The notes below the pieces were generated by a model. That model saw only the letters and a program-made list of their open reading frames with translations. It did not search any database and was not told where the DNA came from. The translations under genes and the position numbers were made by a program. A DNA stretch of 64,000 nucleotides from Eremomyces bilateralis CBS 781.70 (taxonomy: Eukaryota), in NCBI GenBank assembly GCA_010015585.1, contig ML975160.1; one strand, 5' to 3'. Of the stretch, positions 1-10,003 are shown in pieces. Position 1 is the first letter of the stretch. Each line of letters opens with the position of its first letter.

Positions 1-85
1 CGCTTGCCGGTTCGCATCTACTCTTGTATAGTTGCCCGGGTAGTGGGCACACCTTTTGGGTAGTCGACGAAGGTTGGGGTTGAAG

Positions 86-2854
86 CAGGGTGGAGACTTG
101 AGCGAGTTTGAGCGAACTCAAGTCTTACGTAATCGAGTCGCCCGACTCTACTCACACTCGTCTAAGAACCTTGGCGAGCGTGCCTGTACCGTGGTTGCGC
201 CAACCAAATAAAGTTCCAACTTTCCTTCCTGCTTATGTATAAACAGAGATTTCGTGGTGGTGAAGATGGTGAAGAGGATGATAATCTATATTACACTACT
301 TATCTACATAGCCTCCGTAGACGCCTGATGATAGATAATCCTCTCGAGCTCCATATCACTGATAATACCTTGATTAAACCAATTCTGTAGGCAAATCAGT
401 CTGTTCAACGTTTTTCCCTCCATCCGTGGCCTTTCGGTATCAAGAAGTCTCCCACAAGCTGACCAAATCCGCTCCATATCAGCGGCGGAGGAAGGAGTCG
501 CGAAGAGGTCCAGAGCGATCTGGTATAGAGCGGGAAACCGCGTGCGATTAGCTACCCACCACGTAATAGGCGTATCAGTCTCCTCAGGGGCCTCTCGGAG
601 ATAGTAGGAGACCTCATCGGGCGTGGAGATATTACGTGGTTCAAAACGAGGCGCGAGGGCTGCCTGGAAGGCCTTGTAGACCCTTTGGCGATCACTAGGG
701 ATGGTCTCCTGCGAGGCCTCCTGTGCATTCTCTGCACCCGAATCATTATCCTGTATCTTGGATACATTCTCGCGGAGTTTGCGTAGGAGCTCGGCAGTCT
801 TGTGGCTACTAGCTTCGGAGTCGTCCAACCACGCCTTCTTGTATTTTGGGTGGAGGAGAAGGGCGAGTCTGTACGCAGGAATATCCTCCATCTTAGACCG
901 GTATTCCTTCGCCTTAACCAGGGCCGCTTGTATGGCCCTTACGAGCTCCTGGAGCTCCTGATTCTGTGAAAGATCCGCGAGGAAACCCTCCAGGGCCCGG
1001 ATAATCATAAGAAGCGATGGATACGCCTCCCAAAGAGCCCCTTTAGCACCATGGTCCGCATTCCCTTCCAGGATCCAGGTCGCATGCTTCATCGGTTCGT
1101 ACAACTCGATAAGTTTCTCAAGGATACGCCAATCGTCGACGGTAAGGCCCTGAAGGTGCTGATACCGCTCGCAGTACTGATCAATAGCGACACGCAGCTT
1201 GATGGCTCGCTGGACCGAATCGTACCGCGAGTTCCACCGTGTGGCGTTCTCACGTACGATTCTAAGGGGCCGATCGGTCTTAATGGACTTTTCGTTGCCC
1301 GTCATATCCTCAATAATATCAGTCTGTATCGTAAAGAACTCTTTCTCCTGTTTAGGACTCTTTTTGATATGACCAATGATAGCTTTAAGCTTGGTAATGG
1401 GCTCTATGTCGGTATTGGTAGGAAACCCAGAATCCAAATCCGTGTAGCCTTCAGCCCGCCTAGGTCGTATAGTATCAAGCCCATTGTCATTGCTGGCTTC
1501 GATATTAGACGAATGGTCCCTGGAAAGCTGTTGGCAAACTAAATTCACGATGTGGGTACTACAGCGTAAACGCCTTCCCGATAAAGTGAGATTTAGGAGC
1601 TTCCCAAGCTCTTTAACCGCGGTAGAGTTGTTTTCCGCGTTATCAGACATTAGGAACGCAATCCTTGCCTGTATCTCAAACGTTTGGATAGCCTTGGTAA
1701 GGAGCTGTGCGATATTGTCGCCGGTATGAGCACCTTCGATCTCCTCTAGCCGTAAGAGGATATTTTGTTGACGCGGTATTCCTTCCCCGGAGATGAAATG
1801 CGCCTCGATCCCAAGGAAAGGAAGGTCGTTCGTAGAGGTCCAGATGTCATAAGACAGTGAAACATTGCTAAGACTCCGCGAGATCTTATGAGAAACGAGA
1901 CGACGACATTCCTTGTATGCGAGATCAATTTTCTTGCGCACAGACTTATGGTTGCGTACTCCCATCTCAATCTCTCCACCACTTAAAGACTCCATCAGCG
2001 CGTTGAAGCTGTTTGACGAAGCCTGACGAAAAGGCACTCCATCAACCACTAGCCATTTCAAATAGGCTGTGTGGGCGTTGAGGAGGGTCCTCTGACGGTA
2101 TCCTGTAAAATCCTCCCACGATTCTGGATGTCCTGGAGGGATAACCTTCGATCCATGCCTGAGAAAACCGTGATCGTTTATGAGATGTCGACGGGCATTG
2201 GAAGTAGCTGATATCGAATACATCTTGATATCGTTGATCGATTTCGCTTGAAACCAGCATTTACGACAGACCCAGTACGGTATCTCTTCCTCTGTATCGC
2301 CCATTTTCCGTACTGTAAACCCCCAGTACCATATGGAGCTTGTCCGGTGTTTCTTCCGCATTGCTTGACGCGTTGGAGGAACGTCAACCGCATATAGACC
2401 GTATTTGTCGAGCTGAGGTCGCAGGGGGACAAACTCTAGCAGTCGGTCTGTTTCCGTGGTATATGGGGTCTCAGACGACGAGGTCGAGGAGTACGAGTCT
2501 GTATACGATGCCATATTGATGTTTTCCATGATCGGAATCTCGTTTTCTTGAAATCTCACGGACTTTTGGTGAAACCGGACCAAGACACAGACTTGAATTT
2601 CGGTTTTGAGCTACTGTACATTTGTAACATGAGCAATGAACATCGAATTTCGACATGAAGCCGTCATTGCTATGTAATTCATATGGTTTTATAGCCATAA
2701 CGAGCAAATCTGGGGTCCAAGTCCAGCAAGATTGGTAGACTAGTATGGAAGAGGATTAGCGGGAGACTCGCTACGAATCTTGAGCGAGCATCGAGCGAGT
2801 CCTTGGCGAGCGAGTGCAAATGAAGCGAGTGGCTCGACTCAAGTCTCCAGCCTG
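86..2854 (-). mobile_element. Complete hAT-superfamily DNA transposon (2769 bp)
   Basis: Left TIR CAGGGTGGAGACTTGAG (86-102) and reverse complement of right TIR CAGGCTGGAGACTTGAG (2838-2854) match at 16/17. Identical 8-bp TSD GGTTGAAG at 78-85 and 2855-2862. Encloses one transposase ORF. Confidence 0.96.
304..2529 (-). CDS. hAT transposase with BED zinc finger, DDE core and C-terminal dimerisation domain
   Basis: Uninterrupted ORF, first ATG at 2529. BED-like IW...CRKC...ARRHLINDH; SYDIWTS (D1); SDNAENN (D2); RCSTHIVNL (CxxH); TRWNS; WW...RFPALYQIALD...SSAADMERIWS (catalytic E). Confidence 0.93.
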   Translation of the reverse strand: MENINMASYTDSYSSTSSSETPYTTETDRLLEFVPLRPQLDKYGLYAVDVPPTRQAMRKKHRTSSIWYWGFTVRKMGDTEEEIPYWVCRKCWFQAKSINDIKMYSISATSNARRHLINDHGFLRHGSKVIPPGHPESWEDFTGYRQRTLLNAHTAYLKWLVVDGVPFRQASSNSFNALMESLSGGEIEMGVRNHKSVRKKIDLAYKECRRLVSHKISRSLSNVSLSYDIWTSTNDLPFLGIEAHFISGEGIPRQQNILLRLEEIEGAHTGDNIAQLLTKAIQTFEIQARIAFLMSDNAENNSTAVKELGKLLNLTLSGRRLRCSTHIVNLVCQQLSRDHSSNIEASNDNGLDTIRPRRAEGYTDLDSGFPTNTDIEPITKLKAIIGHIKKSPKQEKEFFTIQTDIIEDMTGNEKSIKTDRPLRIVRENATRWNSRYDSVQRAIKLRVAIDQYCERYQHLQGLTVDDWRILEKLIELYEPMKHATWILEGNADHGAKGALWEAYPSLLMIIRALEGFLADLSQNQELQELVRAIQAALVKAKEYRSKMEDIPAYRLALLLHPKYKKAWLDDSEASSHKTAELLRKLRENVSKIQDNDSGAENAQEASQETIPSDRQRVYKAFQAALAPRFEPRNISTPDEVSYYLREAPEETDTPITWWVANRTRFPALYQIALDLFATPSSAADMERIWSACGRLLDTERPRMEGKTLNRLICLQNWFNQGIISDMELERIIYHQASTEAM

Positions 2855-2975
2855 GGTTGAAGTGGGACAAATCACGTGAAACTCACGTGAATGTCATGTG
2901 ATTTAAGTGCATAGTATTTCGATCCTCGCGGGGCACTCAGACCTTACGGAACTTCGTTCCTCCAGGCACTCTCAC

Positions 2976-3340
2976 TGTTATGGTCCCGGGCCTGTGGCCT
3001 GGGCCCTTAAGTATGGCTGACGCCACAGGGATGTGGCTAGTGGATGGCATGGAGGATTATCAAGGATAGTCATATATGGGAGCTATGTGTTAGGACGGAG
3101 CTGTGTTAAGGAGCTGTGTTAAGGAGCTGTGTTAAGGAGCTGTGTTAAGGAGCTGTGTTAAGGAGCTGTGTTAAGGAGCTGTGTTAAGGAGCTGTGTTGA
3201 GCTGTGTTAGGATAGCAGAGAGAAGAGTTTATATCTCGCGCACAGAGGCGCTGGGATATTTTTTCCTTCTCTCTCTTCAGTTTAGATTAATGGAACTTGG
3301 TAATCGCAGACCTTGCGCATCCAGATTCCAGACCTTGTCA
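2976..3340. mobile_element. Solo LTR (365 bp) of an LTR retrotransposon
   Basis: Starts TGTTA and ends TGTCA (TG...CA). Flanked by identical 5-bp direct repeat CTCAC (2971-2975, 3341-3345). No internal coding region. Confidence 0.8.
3097..3209 (+). repeat. 13-bp tandem repeat (GGAGCTGTGTTAA)n inside the solo LTR
   Basis: 7 perfect copies at 3097-3187, then two truncated copies. Confidence 0.97.
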
Positions 3341-4923
3341 CTCACTCTCATTTGTATAGTTTCTTAATAAGACACGTTTCGATCCAATAAAAGGAGTTGC
3401 CGCACGTGATGTGCTAAAATGGTTGGGAGTGAGGTGCTGTTGTTCCAGCAGCGAAGTTGTTGTATTGTGTAAGTTGTGTGTTCTAGCTGAATGCCTGGTC
3501 CCCCGGCCCTACAGATATACGAGAGTCACGGCAAGATTATTAATGCAGTTTGTAGCCTTGGACTCCTAGAGCTCATGCCTTGGCCTGCGACACTCAGCGA
3601 CAGGAGTCCATAATAATCACGTGACTCAGACGCCTCCGTCCTAGCGCCGCTTAGCCACCTGATTGACTCGTGTAGTTATACGAGGATGACCCCCATCGAT
3701 TCAGCGCTCAATAATAATGTCAGGAAGCAAGTCACATCTATGATTTATCACGTTTGATAGAAGTTCCTCTCCTGAACGTCTGACGGGACGTTAGACGTCC
3801 GGTCCGTCGATGTGGCGGTGTCGTAATAAATGGGCGCGAGATTTCCTGGTGGCTCAGCCTACAATATTCGGCAGAGATGACAGCCGGGGTAACATTCGGT
3901 TGTCCCTGCCCACAACCCCCCACGCATCCTGGTCACTACGAACCCCTGCGCCTGTCTCCAGCATTCATCCCGGGACGACGTGAGCCTCATTCATCTAGCT
4001 GCAACAGGAACGGACGGCGAACACAGATTTGCGCCCAGCATACATAACGTCTACCGGTCCACGGTATAAGCCTTCTAGAGCTTTCCAATGTAGGGCTTGA
4101 CCCGAACCTGTCGATCATCATTCCTCCGAAGTCTATACAAAGTCGTCTTAACCGAGCCCTAGTCACCGCAGCGTTGGGAATTGGGACGCCCTCCGGTTAT
4201 CCCATCGTCGCTGTACCGGTGTCCTTGTCATCTTATCATGCGTCACCGTTGCTTAGAACAGTGCAGAAGTATTCTCCGAGAATCTCATGCTTGCCCCTCG
4301 GGCGTCAGTGTTGTTTTGAATCATGCAGCAGTCTTCTCTTGAGTCATACATGTAGTACCTCCCTCCTTAGTCCTTTCATGGCTCCCACTGTCTACACCTA
4401 CCTATAGTGTTCATCATATGGTCAGAGAGTGAGGTGGGTACGTACATCTGCATGGAAGGCAGAAGAAAACGTCCATTCGGCTCGGTTACCGAGGCTGATG
4501 CTTAGCTTCCAAGAGATATATGGGGAGCCTTCCTGGATATGGAGCTACAGTATATAGCGGTACGGCTCCGCGGCCGGGTGATCCCAGCGTGACGGTTTCT
4601 AGGCTATGGTACGAAGAGGTTGACGGTGTGAAATGAAAGTGGTCCCAAAGGACCCTTCGGGAATATTAGAGGTCGCAATTAAAAGCTCCACAGACCACAG
4701 ACCACAGACCAGACACTGCGTACCTATTTCGGCGTCCAGAATCCGCCCTTGGGCATAAGTCCGCAAGAACAGGTCGATGAAGCTGATTGAAGCTGCACGA
4801 AGGTCGCTTATTTTATCTCAGCGAAAGGATAAGGTTCAATCGACGTTTATAAAACGAAAGAGCCAGGCACTAATCGGTGAGGTGTTTGTCGATCAGCATC
4901 CTTCCAGAACTCCTTCCTTCAAC

Positions 4924-6579
4924 ATGGCTTTCAAGGATACCTTCACTCATGTCGCTGTGAGCTTCTTGTTCGCGATAGGTGCTGTTTCATGCCAATCACC
5001 AACTGTTACCATCTCGTCCGGTCCTGTTATTGGAACACAGACGAGCGTGCCCAACTTCGCTGGAACCGTGAACAAGTTTCTCGGGATCCCGTTTGCTGCG
5101 CCGCCTCAACGGTTCAGCCCTCCTCAAAACCCGGCATCATGGACATCGCCATTAAGTGCAACGGCGTTGAAGCCGGCATGTATTCAGCAGTTCAACTGTA
5201 AGTATTCTTACCGAAGCTCATGACACTATGGCTGACTAGGTTGGCAGATCCCGAAGATACCCGGAACTTCACAATCAAGGTCTTCAGCACCCCTATGCCT
5301 GAGGAGAGCGAGGACTGTTTGTATGTCAACGTCTATGCTCCATCTACAGCGGCTCCACGAGGTGGCAGGCCGGTTATGTTCTGGATCTATGGCGGGAACT
5401 TGCAGTTTGGCACCGGCTCATTGCCTATCTATGATGGCTCCAACTTGGCTGCAGTCCAGGATGTGATTGTTGTCACGCATAACTACAGGACAAATGGTGA
5501 GTTTAATCCCGTCCAATCCCGTAGCGTTCGCTTACACAAATCTAGTATTCGGCTTCCCCAATGCGCCGGGAATCCCTCCGACTGAGCAGAATCTCGCTTT
5601 CCTCGACCAACGGAAGGCTCTCGACTGGACCTACAAGAACATTGCCAAGTTCGGAGGCGATCCCACCAAGATTACCATCTTCGGCGAGTCTGCAGGCGGG
5701 TATTCCGTCAAACAACTCTACGTGAACCCTCCCAACCCGCTTCCATTCCGCGCTGCCATCATGCAAAGCCAGGCTGCATCGTTCGCTGCTGGTTCTTCCG
5801 GCTGGGACGGTCTTGCAAGCGCACTCAATTGCACTGGGACTGCAGCCCTGGAATGTGTGCGTGCCGCTCCCGCATCCAAGGTCAAGGACATCGTCGAGCG
5901 ACAAGCCCTGTCTTTCGGACCTGTCGTTGACAACGTCACCGCATCCAACACTGTGGCCGCGGAACTCAAAGCCGGGGACACGGCCAAGGTTCCCATCCTG
6001 ATCGGCACCAACGCGCAAGAAGGATCCGCCTTCGCCATCTCCCTCGGCCTGAACTTCCCCGGCGCCTTCGAAGCATTCCTCACCACGATCCCCATCCCGG
6101 AAATCCAAGAGGCGCTGCGCACTTTCTATGCCCCCTTGGACACCGATATCCTCAAGGTCGGCCAAGCCATCACCGACCTCACCTTCCATTGCCCCGCCTC
6201 CCAGGTCGCCTCCATCCCCGCCAGCATCAACACCCCGGTCTGGCGCTACTTCTTCAACTCGACCTTCGCCAACGACACGCCATTCGAGGGCAGCGGTGCA
6301 TACCACTCGTCCGAGATCCCCTACATCTTCGGCACCTATAAGCGGGACGGCTCCGTGCCGCAGCAGGAACTCCTCAGCTTGCTCATGCAGACCTCCTGGG
6401 CCTCGTTCGCGAAGAACCCAACTCTCGGACCGGGCAGTGGGTGGCCGAAGCTTACCCCCTCCGGAAATGGAACGCAGGTCTGGCACTTTGGCAGCCGCGA
6501 GCCGGCGTACATTCCCGCGTCGACGTTGGATGCCGTCTGCCCGATTTTGGCGCCGATCATCGCGCTTTCGGGCATCTAA
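4924..6579 (+). CDS. Secreted type-B carboxylesterase/lipase (alpha/beta hydrolase), 3 exons
   Basis: Signal-like N-terminus MAFKDTFTHVAVSFLFAIGAVSC; FLGIPFAAPP, SEDCLYVNVY, WIYGG, GESAG nucleophile, AYHSSEI. Introns 5198-5247 and 5497-5545 join the frames (FN|YPED; RTN|VFGF). Confidence 0.93.
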
Positions 6580-6916
6580 AGAGTTAAAATATGTGTCACG
6601 ATGGCGATGGGTATCTAGTCAGGGTTGCATTTTGGCGAAAAGTTGGGGGAGTTATTTCCTTGGATGGAATGGCTAGTCAGGGCATGGATACGAGGTCACT
6701 TTCTTAATATTACTATCTGTATAAAAACACGATCAATACAATGCGACATGTAGATGTCAGGAAACTCACCCTGATGTTTGATATCCGAGTGATGCAGTTG
6801 TGTAACTAGATCTCGTCTTCTGGACCGTTGGTCTTCACTCTTCAGGTCTGTTGTGATGGGAACTATCCATGGATATTGGGTGTGTGACAGGGATTATGGA
6901 TATTCGAAGGGCGCAA

Positions 6917-6958
6917 TCGCGTCACGACTTCGACGCGTCAAAATCGATCGCCCGCGTA
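6917..6958. promoter_or_regulatory. Cluster of MCB-like (ACGCGT/CGCGT) elements upstream of the SNF2 helicase
   Basis: TCGCGT, ACGCGT (6933-6938) and CGCGT within about 40 bp, roughly 200 bp upstream of ATG 7145. Confidence 0.5.
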
Positions 6959-7144
6959 AAGTGTCTTCCTTGTGTGAACCATCAACAAAGCCAATGGTAT
7001 CCAGACGTGTTGCATCTGAATAATTTATCCTGGTGGGAGTTGAGCTTTTGATAATTATACCTCCGGTGGCGGAATTCTGCTCTGTATACCATCATACGAG
7101 AGATCCACAGTGATCCGAAATCCCTACACTCACTCGCCTTCAAG

Positions 7145-9871
7145 ATGGCTGCGGACGAGAGCACCAACCGGCGTATTGAGCCGGTGTCACAGTCCATGCA
7201 ATCTGAAGAGGAGAACCTACGAACTGCCCACGAACAAGAAGATGCGAAACGAGACGAGGAACTCAAGAAGGAACGGCAACAGGATCTCAGCGGTGGCAAA
7301 GGGGCCGTGGATAAGAAGTTCAAGGCACTGGAGTATTTGCTTAGCCAGAGCAAGGTACACAGGCGCTCTCACTGCGAGTTATTCCCTATTGGTGAAGTTG
7401 CTGATGAATCCTAGCTTTATTCCTCAATTATCCTCCAACAGATCCAACGTCAAGAAGATGAAGACGTGGCGCGAGACTCCAAAGACCGCAAACGAGCCCA
7501 GAAGCGCGAAGATGTCGCTGAGAAAGTCGCAGAAGATTCGCAGCGGCGGGCAACGAGAGCATCGGCGGCAGGAACTACAAAGGATACAGCTCAGCCTGAG
7601 TCGCCATCCAAGAAACTGGCCGTTCGAGGGCGCGGAAAGCCTGCAAAGAAAGAGCCGGGAAAGGGGAAGATATCCAGCTATTTCAAGAAGGAGGACGTCG
7701 AAGCGAAAGCCGGAACGGGTGATATCACCGAATCGTTGAAGGAAGCGGTGGACGATAATATTCAAACAAGCGATGTTGGCGTGCAGAATCTCCGAAGAGC
7801 GCACCAACCAGACTTGGTCAGCGGTGGAACGATGCGGTCATATCAACTAGAAGGGCTGGAATGGCTAGCATCGCTCTACGAGAACGGACTGAATGGGATA
7901 TTGGCAGATGAGATGGGATTGGGGAAGACGATTCAGACGATTGCATTCCTTGCGTTTTTGTGGGAGCGCCAGAGCTACGGACCGTTTCTAATCGCCGCAC
8001 CGCTGAGCACGACGAGCAATTGGGTATCGGAGTTCAAGAAGTGGACCCCGGACATCCCGGTAGTGCTGTATCATGGAAGCAAACAGGAACGGGAGGAGAT
8101 ACGGAGGAAGAAGCTGAAGAATCCGGGGACGGATAAGTTCCCCGTGGTCATCACGACCTACGAGATCTGCATGAACGACAGCAAATACTTGTCGAAGTTC
8201 GGATGGAAGTTCATCATCATCGACGAAGGGCATCGGATCAAGAATATCAACTGCCGACTCATCCGCGAACTGCAGTCGTACGCTTCGGCGAACAGGCTGC
8301 TCATCACTGGAACTCCGCTGCAGAACAACCTCCGCGAACTATGGTCCCTGCTCAACTTCCTGATGCCGCAGATCTTTAATAAGCTCGAAGCCTTCGAGAG
8401 CTGGTTCGATTTCTCGGCGCTAAAAGACAAAGATGACTACGATCAGATCTTCACGGCGGAACGGGAGCAAAAGCTGATCGCTTCCTTACATGCCATCCTA
8501 AAGCCATTCCTGCTGCGAAGAGTCAAAGCCGACGTCGAAAGCATGATGCCGAAGAAACGGGAGTACGTGCTCTACGCTCCATTGAGTCCCATGCAGCGAG
8601 AACTGTACCAGGCGATTCTTGATGGTACCAGCCGGACGTATCTTGAAGACAAAGTCATCGAGACGCTTAGCAGCGGTGCCTCGACACCTCGACGAGTGGG
8701 CAGCAGTTCCAGCCTAAAGCGCAAAGGTCACGATGGCCGAGCAGACACTCCTCTAAAAAGCGCCAAGTCCAGTCGCGAATCGACGCCTGGATCGACTATG
8801 CTCGGTCGCACCCGGGGTAGGAAAAAAGATTACCAAGAAGTCAGTGACTCTAAATATTTCAAGCGACTCGAAAATACGCACGGGTCTTCAGAGAGTCCCG
8901 ACATTTCTGAGCCTGTATCCGACGAGGAAGCAGACCGCATACAGGCAGAGACCTTCGCACTGGCAAAGAAACAGGTCGCACAAAAGAAACTGCAAAACCC
9001 GATCATGCAACTCCGACTCTGCTGTGACTCCCCCTACAATTTCTTCAACCCTTTCGACATCCACGCACAGGCTTCCAACGCCGCCGAGGTGACCGTCGAT
9101 GAATCCCTAGTCACGTCCTCCGGCAAGATGTTGCTCCTCGACTCCCTCCTCCCCCCATTATTCCAACGCGGTCACAAAGTCCTCATCTTCTCGCAATTCA
9201 AAACCCAACTCGACCTCCTCGAACTCTATGCCACCGCTCTCCGTGACTGGAATATTTGCCGCATCGACGGCTCCGTTCCGCAGGTCGAGCGCCAAGCGCA
9301 GATCGACGCCTTCAACCAGCCCCCCACTGGCAAGACAGCGAAAAACGCGAGCAATTTGTTCTTACTGAGTACCAGGGCGGGCGGACAGGGCATCAACCTC
9401 GCTGCGGCCGACACCGTGATCCTGTTCGATAGCGACTGGAACCCACAACAGGACCTGCAGGCGCAAGATCGGGCGCACCGGATCGGGCAGACGCGCAACG
9501 TGATCGTCTACCGGTTCGCGACGCGGGGGACGGTCGAGCAGCTGATCCTCGACCAGGCGGAAGGAAAACGGCGGTTGGAGAAGTTGGTGATCCGGAAGGG
9601 GGGGTTGACGAGGACGGATAATAAAGACAGGGAGGCAAGAGACGAGATTCAGGAGTTGCAGCGGTTGTTAAGGCGGACGGATGGGGAGAGGTATGATGTG
9701 GAGGAGATGGGGAAGGGGGGTTTGTTGGGGGATGAAGAGTTACGGATCTTGTTGGATCGGACGGGAGAGGCGTACGAGCGGGCGGAGAGGGGTTTAGATC
9801 TGGAGGGGGAGATGTTTACGGTGGTGGAGAAGAAGGGGGATGGGGCGTTGTTGGAGGGGTTGAAGGCGTGA
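7145..9871 (+). CDS. IRC5: SNF2-family chromatin remodeller, LSH/HELLS/DDM1 (Irc5-like) subfamily, 2 exons
   Basis: LADEMGLGKT, IIDEGHRIKN, TGTPLQNNL, STRAGGQGINL, QAQDRAHRIGQ. N-terminal KALEYLLSQSK|LYSSII via intron 7355-7414 is typical of fungal LSH. Confidence 0.88.
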
Positions 9872-10003
9872 TTTTGAAGTTGGGGATCGTTAGAAGTGGG
9901 GCGCGGTCGCGAAGTCAAGGGTGGAATGCAAGAATCTGTAGTTGGTACAAACTATCGCAGATCACCATAGTTCAGGTGTGAAATTGTATCTGATTTCGCT
10001 AGC

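Noticed and set aside
3097..3209. Repeat array as CRISPR or telomere
   Set aside because: No spacers, eukaryotic context, and the unit is not TTAGGG-like; it lies inside the solo LTR.
4688..4710. (CCACAGA)3 in the esterase promoter
   Set aside because: Short slippage repeat with no evidence of function.
5542..6486. Long antisense/alternative-frame ORFs (also 25514-26634, 26775-27635, 30942-31937, 32106-32933, 33198-34037, 34792-35649, 61012-62679)
   Set aside because: Shadow ORFs of GC3-rich genes; low-complexity translations with no motifs.
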